Part shown: positions 29,708-38,538 of the stretch, one piece after another
Numbering within the stretch: the first letter of the stretch is position 1
Layout: each line of letters starts with the position of its first letter
DNA from: a virus
Virus record (IMG/VR): IMGVR_UViG_3300018080_000115
Location: 76,695-138,362 of that record
Reading direction: 5' to 3' (one strand)
Length of the DNA stretch: 61,668 bases
Notes under the pieces: generated by a model
The model's input: the letters and a program-made list of their open reading frames with translations, nothing else
Databases searched by the model: none
Told to the model about the DNA's origin: nothing
Translations under genes and position numbers: made by a program

Positions 29708-30406
29708 ATGAAACGATACAAAAAAATAGAGGAAAGGATTCGCAAGGAGATCCCTTCATCTGACGGATGGACCGTGAGCCACAATCTGAATTCAGAAAAG
29801 GACGCCGTGCTGTTCAGTATTTGCGCACCCTTCGCAATGAATGAAGATGGAAACAAGGAAGCTATCAGAATCGTCCTGAAAGTGCATGCAGATTCGTATA
29901 CGATCAGCTACGGAACACATTCCCATCCGAATGTCAGCCGTTGGAAGACGATTCAAACGATTTTGAAACACGTCGTTCTTCACGCAGAGTCCGAACGACA
30001 AAACCTTTCGAACTACCGAAAGCAGCACTCAAAGAACAAGATCAAAGGATCAACCATCCAAGTCGACGGAATCGACATAGAAACAATCCGCTCGCTTACC
30101 ACGTCGCCGGAAGAGCGTTCAAGCCGAGTCGGTCAAGATGAACGCAACGCCCGTTTGGCGACAATCATCCTCTTCCGAGACTTCCTGAACAACATCTTCC
30201 TCACAAGAGTGCGCAACGCGCCAGATGAACTGATCACCCTATCGGAATTGCTCTTGGACTGGACGCGCGAAGCCTACGTCCCGAATCTGGACCAAATCAA
30301 CGCTGTCCGAAACATCCTCATCAACCTACAAGACAGCGTGACGGAATTGAATGAAACGATGCTGTGGGAAGCGATCCTCAAGCGGTCTTTCATGCAATCC
30401 TGGTAG
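29708..30406 (+). CDS. hypothetical protein
   Basis: 232-aa ORF. Confidence 0.65.
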   Translation: MKRYKKIEERIRKEIPSSDGWTVSHNLNSEKDAVLFSICAPFAMNEDGNKEAIRIVLKVHADSYTISYGTHSHPNVSRWKTIQTILKHVVLHAESERQNLSNYRKQHSKNKIKGSTIQVDGIDIETIRSLTTSPEERSSRVGQDERNARLATIILFRDFLNNIFLTRVRNAPDELITLSELLLDWTREAYVPNLDQINAVRNILINLQDSVTELNETMLWEAILKRSFMQSW

Positions 30407-31367
30407 CCGCCGTCTTGTGCTCGAAAAAGAATTCAGGGGGATCTGTGGTCGAAAATCCAGCGGCCTGCGGATGACCACCGCCGCCCAATGACATGGCGAC
30501 ATCGGCAACATTTCGAGTTTCAGAATACAAAGAATATACCCAAGTATTCTTTGAACTGAGCCCAAACACAACCATTGCGTCATGACGTTGCTTGTCGTAA
30601 AAACCGTCGAACGTCATGCTTGTGCGCAAACTGCCGTTGATTGCGATCACGTTCCAATCGTTCGGAAGAAAACGCGCCTCAAAGCCGTTCGACTTCATGA
30701 ACGCTTCATTGGTGCCCTTCACATACGACAAAACCTTCATTCCGTCGTTCACGATTTCCTGACACAGCCTGCCATTTGCTGTTTCGTGATATGTATCAAA
30801 CAACATCTTCCACAGATCCATGCCCTCATCGGTCGCAGGATCGTAGTTGCGCAGCTTCATGCCGTATTGGAACGGCAAAATCTCCTCATCCCATCGATAG
30901 ACATCCCCGGAATGATCCCAGACATCGTAACGACCGAGAAGAGCAACAGCAGTCGGCATCCGTGAACCAGGATAGATATGACGCCACGTCAATTCGATCG
31001 CCGCATAATCGAGCATCACGATTCCATGCACACCGATCAGCTCCGTACTCGATTCCTTCGCTTGTCTTGCGCTCACATGATGGTCGATCCAAAGCAGATT
31101 GCCGTTGTCTTTCAGAAGTCTGCTCAAACGCTCCATTCGCTTGACAGGCTGAAGCATGAAGTCAACCATGTAGACCGCATCCTCTGGACCCATAACGTCG
31201 TCAAAATCCAACGAGCCGTCATAGCGCATGCAATGCATTCTGATGCGTTCTTTCGGTATCACCTCTTCATCCATCAGATGCATCTTGATGATCGCTGCCG
31301 ATCCGAACCCGTCAAGATCGTTGTGATAGACGATGTGATGAATAGGATGAGTCTTGATTTTATTCAT
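30390..31367 (-). CDS. DHH/DHHA1 phosphoesterase (oligoribonuclease NrnB-like)
   Basis: YHNDLDGFGSA, VDF, WIDHH, YSLYS, GGGHPQAAGF; ATG at 31367. Confidence 0.9.
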   Translation of the reverse strand: MNKIKTHPIHHIVYHNDLDGFGSAAIIKMHLMDEEVIPKERIRMHCMRYDGSLDFDDVMGPEDAVYMVDFMLQPVKRMERLSRLLKDNGNLLWIDHHVSARQAKESSTELIGVHGIVMLDYAAIELTWRHIYPGSRMPTAVALLGRYDVWDHSGDVYRWDEEILPFQYGMKLRNYDPATDEGMDLWKMLFDTYHETANGRLCQEIVNDGMKVLSYVKGTNEAFMKSNGFEARFLPNDWNVIAINGSLRTSMTFDGFYDKQRHDAMVVFGLSSKNTWVYSLYSETRNVADVAMSLGGGGHPQAAGFSTTDPPEFFFEHKTAATRIA

Positions 31368-31380
31368 TTCCCTGTTCCCC

Positions 31381-31458
31381 AAAAAGCGAAGCGCGTCGAC
31401 GACCAAATCGACGCGCTCCTTGACCGTTGACTCCCGCTGGGAGTAACAGACAGACCAT
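31381..31458 (-). ncRNA. candidate ~80-nt antisense sRNA / attenuator leader
   Basis: Starts just after a sigma70-type promoter; 5' seed, hairpin ACTCCC/GGGAGT, 10-bp terminator stem AGCGCGTCGA/TCGACGCGCT plus U5. Confidence 0.55.
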
Positions 31459-31462
31459 CTTC

Positions 31463-31492
31463 AGTTTATTTTCAACTCGCATCGATTGTCAA
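31463..31492 (-). promoter_or_regulatory. sigma70-type promoter
   Basis: TTGACA-18-TAAACT. Confidence 0.65.
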
Positions 31493-31493
31493 C

Positions 31494-31746
31494 AAAAAAA
31501 CGGATTGTGTGTGCCCGCCTGAAAACAGTTATTGGAATCGATGAGCCATGATGTAGGTAGGAACCATCAGAAAGGAGACTTTCTCATCATGGCAAGCAAA
31601 GCGTCGTGTCACAAATGAGAATCAGATTGCAGGCCGATGTCATCTGAGGCAATGAAACGCTATGCACAACGAAACCGCATCACTCCTTTTCAAGTTTGAA
31701 GTTTCAGCCGCTGCGCCGCATCCACTTCACACACAATCCGTTCTTA
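31494..31746 (-). ncRNA. candidate ~250-nt structured RNA
   Basis: Perfect 15-bp closing inverted repeat (31499-31513/31728-31742), U7 at 3' end, internal branched stems, promoter immediately upstream. Confidence 0.5.
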
Positions 31747-31751
31747 TCAAA

Positions 31752-31780
31752 GACATACCGCATCAGACCAAACGCTTCAA
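31752..31780 (-). promoter_or_regulatory. putative sigma70-type promoter for the structured RNA
   Basis: TTGAAG-17-TATGTC with A-rich upstream tract. Confidence 0.4.
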
Positions 31781-31789
31781 GCTTTTTTT

Positions 31790-31842
31790 CAACAAAAAGC
31801 GTCAAGGCAGGAGCCTGTTTCGACAGTGCCTCCTGCCCTGAC
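31790..31842 (-). terminator. intrinsic terminator after 370-aa gene
   Basis: GTCA.GGCAGGAG...CTCCTGCC.TGAC long hairpin followed on - strand by GCTTTTTG. Confidence 0.65.
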
Positions 31843-31954
31843 TGCGTGCAAGGAAGACGATCCGATTCAATTGATTGAAAACGCCCGGTAGCTAATCGTG
31901 ACGTTCGCTGTCGTGCACGATTGCGTCGAACCGAATCCAAGCACGCTTTCAAAA

Positions 31955-33067
31955 TCAAAAGGCTTCATCTTTGACAGATGCCTTGACCTCCGATTTGGGT
32001 TGTGCATTTCGAAATGCTTCAAAATACTGCTTCGAAATACGTTCCATGCCATCAGCAAAGTCAAGAAACTCTTGAAGTTCGCACATGACGTCTGGACAAT
32101 TCTTGACGATCCCGTTCGGATTTTCTTCAATCAGCTCTCGAATCGCAACGGCTGCCGCATGGATATGGCCCCCTGCGATCATCCCAGGAACCCGCTCCAT
32201 CTTTTCGTTCGAAACATTCATGATGGCACGAAATTCCGTTGCAATGCTTTCGGAATATTTGATGAACTGAGGAAAGAGCCCTTCCGAGTAAGGCAATTCA
32301 GACTGAATCCCCCCCGAATCAAGATAGATCTGAAGAGCCCGGTCAAGATCGATTCCCCACATCAGAGATGCGCAGTACGCATCATAGACGATCTGAGACA
32401 AAGCCCAAGAAGCCTGAGCGACGTTGTTGCTCTCAAGAACCATTTGATACGCATGAAATGCTTCTCTGATTTCATGCGCTCTACGACTGTTCTCAGGTGC
32501 CCTTCGGTCGTCTAAATTACATGAGACAGGATGAGACGGGAACGGAATCGGTTCGAATTCGGATTTGGAAATCAGACGATCGAACCGCTTCAAGCCGAAC
32601 GTGTCGGACGGCAAAGAACCGGAACGGAGAGCGCGCCAAGCAGTGAACGGCAACGACCTTTCACGAATCGAAGCGCGCAGCATTGCATCACTCATGTTAA
32701 GATTCGACCACCATCCATCAGACAAAGAATTCACTTGTCCGACAAAGCCTTCCTCGCCTTCTTCCATGTTGCCGAACTTGAACAGATAGGTTCCGTCAAT
32801 CACAGGCAGTCCAACCACCTCCCCATTCTCGACTTCGATGGAATGCCAAACAGTCTTTTTCGACACCATGGAATCGTCCTGATGGGAATCGACAACATAA
32901 TGGCATTTGGCCAGCAACTTCCTTTTCAATCGATTCATGGCCTTGTCCACTTCACGAATGTCAGCCTTGTCCGCACAGTCACGAATACGCTCTTCCCATT
33001 CATCACGAAACTTGCCTACAGCTTCGTCCAGCTCTTTCATCAGCTCATCGATTTGGATCATCAACAT
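31955..33067 (-). CDS. hypothetical protein (weak degenerate MazG-like segment)
   Basis: 370 aa, own promoter and RBS; LSQIVYDAY..SLMWGIDLDRAL resembles MazG-fold helices but lacks obvious acidic ligands. Confidence 0.7.
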   Translation of the reverse strand: MLMIQIDELMKELDEAVGKFRDEWEERIRDCADKADIREVDKAMNRLKRKLLAKCHYVVDSHQDDSMVSKKTVWHSIEVENGEVVGLPVIDGTYLFKFGNMEEGEEGFVGQVNSLSDGWWSNLNMSDAMLRASIRERSLPFTAWRALRSGSLPSDTFGLKRFDRLISKSEFEPIPFPSHPVSCNLDDRRAPENSRRAHEIREAFHAYQMVLESNNVAQASWALSQIVYDAYCASLMWGIDLDRALQIYLDSGGIQSELPYSEGLFPQFIKYSESIATEFRAIMNVSNEKMERVPGMIAGGHIHAAAVAIRELIEENPNGIVKNCPDVMCELQEFLDFADGMERISKQYFEAFRNAQPKSEVKASVKDEAF

Positions 33068-33126
33068 GGTCTGTCTGTTCCTTTCAAATCTGCCGCTTGG
33101 TGATTGAGAATACAGATCAGAAAATC

Positions 33127-33155
33127 AGCGTAGCGTATCCGTTACAATCTGTCAA
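33127..33155 (-). promoter_or_regulatory. sigma70-type early promoter
   Basis: TTGACA-17-TACGCT; TGTAAC in spacer. Confidence 0.7.
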
Positions 33156-33312
33156 GAGAATACCTGGATTGCCCGATTGCTGCTGCAAGAACACAAGAAC
33201 GCTGTTCTGTTAGGCATTGCCGTTATGAGGCTTGTTCGAATGGCTGCACAGAACCGCCGCAACGCGGCTGCGCATCCCATGGGTTAGCGGGTATTTTTTC
33301 GGCAGATCTAAT

Positions 33313-34887
33313 TCAATTAAAAATTCGTGACAAATTAGCAGATGGACTATTGCTTTTTGTAATCAATGGTGATAGGTTCGGTTCAGCAAGTTCACGGAAG
33401 TCCGTGCTTTGAAAAACCAGATTGTGCGTTCTCCGTTTGACAGTCGGAAAGCGGCTTGCGTAAAGCATGTTGCCCTTCGACCACTTCCGTTCATGAAATC
33501 GCATTCGACGGATTATCGGCTTGTCCATCGGCCCGCACTGAGTGTCTGATAACCGGAGAGCCATGCGGCTTGCACAGATGTGTAGAGGCCGCGCCCCTGA
33601 ATCTCCTGAAGAAGACGCAGTTGTCAGATCCTCAGCTTCCCATGGTATAGACGGGTTGGCATCAAGTCTGTAGCCGTCGACGATTCGAGTCTGGACGTTG
33701 GAGCCGTAAACGTTCGGGATGTCTCTTTTCAAGGTCATCACCGACACAGTTCCTTTTCGGCACATTCCCAACGTCCAGATTTTCATCCATTCCCTTGTTC
33801 GATTCGGAATGAACGGAACCCCGAATTCATACTCGACATTCTCAAGGGAAACTATCCCCATTTGCAGAGCATCTTCATCCAAAACAACTGTGTGCGCTTG
33901 TTCGCGGATGAAGAAGGTTGCACGGTGCCCTCTCGATTCTTGAAACAGTTCTGCTTCAGGAACCGAGCGGGGCACCACTACCATCGTCTTGATCACTCTT
34001 CCTAGTCTGTCTCTTTTGTAGCCTTCTGTTGTTTCTGTCTGTTGTGTTCTTTGCTGTTCTGCTTGTTCGTTTGTTCGCTTTTTGTCGTCTTGTCCGTTTT
34101 GTTCTTCTTGCTCAGCTTTGAATTCTTGCCATGTCTTCACTTCTACTTTGAACTCTGTTTCGCTGCTTCTGAATACAATGGCTTTCAATTGCTTTTTGCG
34201 TTTGATCTTCAGCGTTTTTCGTTCCGACAAATGCCGAATGACAGCCGCTCGTGTCAAGTCCAATTCTTCACCAATGGTGCGGTACGAACGACCACAGGGG
34301 TATTCGTCGATTGTCTGTTTCTCTTCTTGTTTTCTGAATTCGTGCAATTTTTCTGTTTTAGCTACTCTTTTCTTTGTTATCTCGCCGTTTTTGTTGATCG
34401 TTTCGACTTGCCTTGTTTCTCCTTCATCTTGTGCTTTCCCTGATGGTCTGATTGCAATCAGTTCGGTATACAGTTGTTTGAACTGAACGAGTCTGAATTC
34501 TCCTCTTTGCAGCTCATCGGAAATGTCATGCTCGACGATGTAGAGGTTGCGCTGATTCGCGGTCCAATCATCGAAAGAAACGGCGTCCGCCGCTCGTTCC
34601 GCAAGCAGCTTCAACGCCTGCGGCATTCCGACGAAATAGACCCGATCGCTCTGCGTGGCGTGATTGAAGAATCCGATGGGATTGCGGCGCACGTTTATCA
34701 AGATCTGATCAGGCTGCACATAACCCATTTCGATCATGATGCGCCGCAGTTCGCGCAGACGAAAAAAAGACCCGTGATGGAATCGCTTCGCAGCTTCTCT
34801 TGCAAGCGACAAGAGATAGACGTGCTTCAAGTCCCTCTGTTTGATGTTGGCTATGACTGGAACCTTGATTCTCATCTGTTGCCTCAA
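33313..34887 (-). CDS. HTH-containing DNA-binding protein, possible replication initiator
   Basis: RSYRTIGEELDLTRAAVIRHL HTH; K/E/Q/T-rich low-complexity middle. Confidence 0.55.
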   Translation of the reverse strand: MRQQMRIKVPVIANIKQRDLKHVYLLSLAREAAKRFHHGSFFRLRELRRIMIEMGYVQPDQILINVRRNPIGFFNHATQSDRVYFVGMPQALKLLAERAADAVSFDDWTANQRNLYIVEHDISDELQRGEFRLVQFKQLYTELIAIRPSGKAQDEGETRQVETINKNGEITKKRVAKTEKLHEFRKQEEKQTIDEYPCGRSYRTIGEELDLTRAAVIRHLSERKTLKIKRKKQLKAIVFRSSETEFKVEVKTWQEFKAEQEEQNGQDDKKRTNEQAEQQRTQQTETTEGYKRDRLGRVIKTMVVVPRSVPEAELFQESRGHRATFFIREQAHTVVLDEDALQMGIVSLENVEYEFGVPFIPNRTREWMKIWTLGMCRKGTVSVMTLKRDIPNVYGSNVQTRIVDGYRLDANPSIPWEAEDLTTASSSGDSGARPLHICASRMALRLSDTQCGPMDKPIIRRMRFHERKWSKGNMLYASRFPTVKRRTHNLVFQSTDFRELAEPNLSPLITKSNSPSANLSRIFN

Positions 34888-34913
34888 TGACAGCCTGCAA
34901 TATGTTGTGCTTC

Positions 34914-34942
34914 ATCATTCGAAAAAAACCGCTTACTGTCAA
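34914..34942 (-). promoter_or_regulatory. sigma70-type promoter (leftward, divergent pair)
   Basis: TTGACA-17-AATGAT. Confidence 0.5.
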
Positions 34943-35015
34943 GAGATTTTGTCGATCCCAAAAGAGACGGACAAGAAAAAATCACAACTTGTTGAAATCA
35001 CTAAAATAAAAAATC

Positions 35016-35044
35016 TTGACATTCTGTAACCAAAGCGTTACAAT
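35016..35044 (+). promoter_or_regulatory. near-consensus sigma70-type promoter with overlapping palindromic operator
   Basis: A-rich UP tract, TTGACA-17-TACAAT; TGTAAC-N6-GTTACA at 35025-35042. Confidence 0.8.
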
Positions 35045-35101
35045 CTGCGTAAAGGTTGAACGAAGACTGAAGGACAGACCAAGACCAAAGGATCAAAAAA
35101 A

Positions 35102-36472
35102 ATGTGCGGCATCTACGGAATCATCAGTACCAAGAAAGACAAGAGACTTCCTCACGAAGCGGTTATTCTCTTCCAGCACTTGATTGTGGAGACTGTTCCG
35201 CGCGGAACTCATTCATTCGGCTACACAACGGCTGATCACAAGGAAGGATCGATTCAGACGTTCAAGCGTGTCGGACATCCGGTTTCGATCGGACGCGCCA
35301 TTCAAGACGAGATGTCGGAAGACATTCTTGCGTCGCATGCCGTGATGGGACATAACCGATATGCTTCGCGCGGCAAGATCACCAAGAATAACGCTCATCC
35401 GTTCCAGGATCAACAACATGTTTTCAGCCTGATTCACAACGGCACCATGACCAAGAAAACCCTCAAAGAAATCGGGAACAAGGTCAAGACGCGCATGCCG
35501 CTGCCGAAGTCGGACACCAAGGCGTTCGCCAAGATCATTGGAACGTCCATTTCCAACGCGCTGAAGCGCAGAAATCTCGAATATGCGGACAGCAATCTGA
35601 TCGCAGAAATCGCCCGCAAGTGGATGAGCCAGCTCTACTCGTACGACCTTTATTCCATGGCCATTCTGACGCCTGACAGCATCATTTGGGCTCGCAACAT
35701 CGGAAAGCCGGTCTGCATCGCTCATCTGGTGGAGCAAGGTTTGATCGTGTTTGCGTCAACCAGAGAAATTCTGGTCAATGCGATCAATAATGTGTTCGGC
35801 AAGGTTCCGAAAAAACTGATCTACTTCTCCACTCCTCCGAACAAGATGACCATGTTCAACTTCAGCCGTAAGGGAAAGGTCAGTTCGCGGCTTCAGTGGT
35901 GGACCTGGGATTCGCCGCCTTTCAATTTTCAGGATGCGCCATTGTCCTATCGAATGAAGGAGATGGAGAAGCTAGATCCGAAAAAACAAAAGGCGGTATT
36001 TGACGAGCGAGGAAGGTTTCGCGGTTTCAATGATGGTTCCGACCCCTACGATACCGAAACAATCTATCTTGACGCGGAAGGCTTCCCGATCAAAAAACTG
36101 CGCAAGGGAAAGAAAAAGAAGAAGAAGCATCAAAAGCAAAAGCGTCGCAACCGCAATCACGAATACTTCGATGGATTCGAAGACGATTCGCTGCAAGCCG
36201 ACATGTTTGACCAAGATGAGCAATGCGAGTCTGAAATCGAGGTTGATATCGAAACCATTGATGAAGTCACGCCGATTGATGTAGAAACCGAACGGATGCA
36301 GCGGGAAAGCGGTATGAGTCGCCTGGAAGAACATCTGCTTGAACAACGCATGCAGAGAGCAGACTACAACAGCAAGGAATATTTCGAACTGTATCAAAAG
36401 CGGTTCGGCATGTTCCATCCCAATGATCCGGACTTCAATTGTATTTCTAGCTCCAACAAGAAACTCAACTAA
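35102..36472 (+). CDS. class II glutamine amidotransferase (Ntn hydrolase) with charged C-terminal extension
   Basis: MCGI N-terminal Cys nucleophile, RG, GHNRYAS, NAHPF, HNG, SDT, FAST. Confidence 0.88.
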   Translation: MCGIYGIISTKKDKRLPHEAVILFQHLIVETVPRGTHSFGYTTADHKEGSIQTFKRVGHPVSIGRAIQDEMSEDILASHAVMGHNRYASRGKITKNNAHPFQDQQHVFSLIHNGTMTKKTLKEIGNKVKTRMPLPKSDTKAFAKIIGTSISNALKRRNLEYADSNLIAEIARKWMSQLYSYDLYSMAILTPDSIIWARNIGKPVCIAHLVEQGLIVFASTREILVNAINNVFGKVPKKLIYFSTPPNKMTMFNFSRKGKVSSRLQWWTWDSPPFNFQDAPLSYRMKEMEKLDPKKQKAVFDERGRFRGFNDGSDPYDTETIYLDAEGFPIKKLRKGKKKKKKHQKQKRRNRNHEYFDGFEDDSLQADMFDQDEQCESEIEVDIETIDEVTPIDVETERMQRESGMSRLEEHLLEQRMQRADYNSKEYFELYQKRFGMFHPNDPDFNCISSSNKKLN

Positions 36473-36474
36473 TC

Positions 36475-36936
36475 ATGCCAAAACATGTCTCAAAAGAAGA
36501 AAATGAACGTTGGAACACAGTAACGGTACAGGAAGCGCGTCAATGGCTGCGCCAGAATTTCGATGAAGGCGCAGCCGTTCCTTGTCCATGCTGTGGAAAG
36601 ACGGTGCGGCCTAATCGCGTGCGCTTGAGCGGCAAAATGATCCGGCTGTTGAAGAATCTGGCGCGTCTGACAGCCAACAAGCCCGAAAAAGGAGGTTACT
36701 TCCATCTCAAAGAAATCGGCACCGATCACAGCGGCACATTCTCAAAACTGAAGCACTGGAATCTGATTTATCCTCATCCATCTGATCGTGGGAAATGGAT
36801 GATCACCGAAGAAGGCTATGATTTCCTTGAAGGCAGATCAGCTCTTCAAGAATTTGCGATCACCTACAACCGCCAAATGATCAAATTCGAAGGCTCCCTG
36901 TTGCGCGTGAACGAACTTGCGCCTTCTGAACGATGA
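36475..36936 (+). CDS. hypothetical protein, CPCC zinc knuckle plus winged-helix-like
   Basis: CPCCG; SKLKHWNLI...GKWMITEEGYDFL. Confidence 0.7.
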   Translation: MPKHVSKEENERWNTVTVQEARQWLRQNFDEGAAVPCPCCGKTVRPNRVRLSGKMIRLLKNLARLTANKPEKGGYFHLKEIGTDHSGTFSKLKHWNLIYPHPSDRGKWMITEEGYDFLEGRSALQEFAITYNRQMIKFEGSLLRVNELAPSER

Positions 36937-37022
36937 CGGGAAAAGGCGCACAAGAGAACAGCTGTCCAAAAGCGATTTGACGGCGTCCTTATCAACGTTT
37001 CCAAAGCCGAGAGAATGAAAAA

Positions 37023-37415
37023 ATGAATTGGAAACCGGCGAAAAAAGAACATTGGTTGGGAGATGATTTTATTCGTCCGTCAAAGAAATTGGCATTGGGC
37101 AAGTTTAAGAGTCCGTTCGAAAGATTTGGAGAAACAGAGTATCCAAGCAAAGTAAAACAATTAATTTGTTACCTGATAGTCGAAAAAGGGAACAAGCCTT
37201 TTATGCTAAGTGATATTTTTTGCATCAGTGCATCATATATTTATGATTTTTGCAAAATGAAAGATATGTATGCTAAAAAAAATTTGTTACCTTATTGGTA
37301 TGCAGATGATGAAATCGTTCGACAGACATGGCTTGCCAAACCGCGCAAAGAAATCATGCAGCTCATCAAACGTTATGCTGTTCGCTCGAAAAAAATCCCC
37401 TTGCTGCGCCTGTGA
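37023..37415 (+). CDS. hypothetical protein (AT-rich)
   Basis: 130-aa ORF. Confidence 0.55.
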   Translation: MNWKPAKKEHWLGDDFIRPSKKLALGKFKSPFERFGETEYPSKVKQLICYLIVEKGNKPFMLSDIFCISASYIYDFCKMKDMYAKKNLLPYWYADDEIVRQTWLAKPRKEIMQLIKRYAVRSKKIPLLRL

Positions 37416-37455
37416 AGGTATGATCCTGACAGAACAGAACGGAAGGGAACGCAAA

Positions 37456-38538
37456 ATGGAATTGGGAGCACCAACTTTTCGCGGGATGGTTTTTTCCGAC
37501 CTTCACATTCACCCTCACAGCGGAAGCCACGAACGCATTGAACAGTCAATGCAGGCTCTTGATTGGATATTGGAACAATACATGAGTCATCAATGTGATT
37601 CACTGTTCTTCCTAGGCGATTGGTCGCACGTTCCGCTGCACACTCACAATCTGGTCATTTCCCGCACGAATGAATGGCTCCAAAAAGTCGAAAAATTAGG
37701 GATTCCACTCTATGTAATCGTCGGCAATCATGACGCGCCGTGCGGATCACATCCTGAGCACGGACTGCCGTACATGAATAACCATGCTCATGTCATCGAT
37801 CAAAAAGACCAAGCCGTGTCGATCAAGGCTGGCAATACAAATGCAATCATTCACATGATTGGATGGCATAATGATCTGAAAGAAATCAACGTATATGATC
37901 AAGGCAACGGTTGTCATATTCTTCTGGCTCATGCTTCGATTGTCGGAGCAAGCATGTACACGGAAAACGTTTCAGAAGGATTGGGCACTGATTATTTGAC
38001 CAGCAAATTCAGTTTGACTTTGTGCGGTCACATCCACAAGCATCAAGAAGTTGCCGACAAAGTGTTCCATGTCGGATCATTGACAACCACGAAATTCGGA
38101 GAAGACGGGCCGCACGGAGCGATGATTTTTGAAGTGACTCAGGATGCCGTGCAAGGAACATCCGTTTCATGCTGCTTCATTGAAAACGATGTCAGTCCGC
38201 GCCATATCACGGTTGTACCAAGTCAGCTTGAAGATCCTGAAACGGAACTGCCCGAATTGGCGGCTGGTCAATATGTGCGTCTGCTGGTCGTTCCGGGCGA
38301 TGAAGTGGCCAAGTATCGCAGACTCGCCTCATCGGCCGATCCGCTTCAGTTGGTCGTCAAGCCGTTCAAGCCGGAAGAAGGCGACGAAAAGACGATTGCG
38401 ATTGAAAACGATGTCGTCAGCCTGAGCAAGGAATCGATCTTTCGACAGTTCATGAAAGATGTCGACGTTCCTGAACATCTTGACCGTGAAGAGCTGACCA
38501 ATACCGGAATCGCATACATCGAAAGGGCATCGAAATGA
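37456..38538 (+). CDS. recombination endonuclease subunit, gp47/SbcD/Mre11-like
   Basis: SDLH, LGD, VGNHD, CGHIH, VGS, FGE metallophosphoesterase motifs. Confidence 0.92.
   Translation: MELGAPTFRGMVFSDLHIHPHSGSHERIEQSMQALDWILEQYMSHQCDSLFFLGDWSHVPLHTHNLVISRTNEWLQKVEKLGIPLYVIVGNHDAPCGSHPEHGLPYMNNHAHVIDQKDQAVSIKAGNTNAIIHMIGWHNDLKEINVYDQGNGCHILLAHASIVGASMYTENVSEGLGTDYLTSKFSLTLCGHIHKHQEVADKVFHVGSLTTTKFGEDGPHGAMIFEVTQDAVQGTSVSCCFIENDVSPRHITVVPSQLEDPETELPELAAGQYVRLLVVPGDEVAKYRRLASSADPLQLVVKPFKPEEGDEKTIAIENDVVSLSKESIFRQFMKDVDVPEHLDREELTNTGIAYIERASK

Noticed and set aside
31648-31708. Fluoride riboswitch-like GGCAAUGA...AACCGC on plus strand
   Set aside because: P1 stem and 3' GAUGAC element do not match, and there is no downstream plus-strand gene
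31704-31958. 84-aa ORF in the RNA region
   Set aside because: Weak TTG start, crosses a terminator hairpin and promoter, atypical composition; not fully excluded
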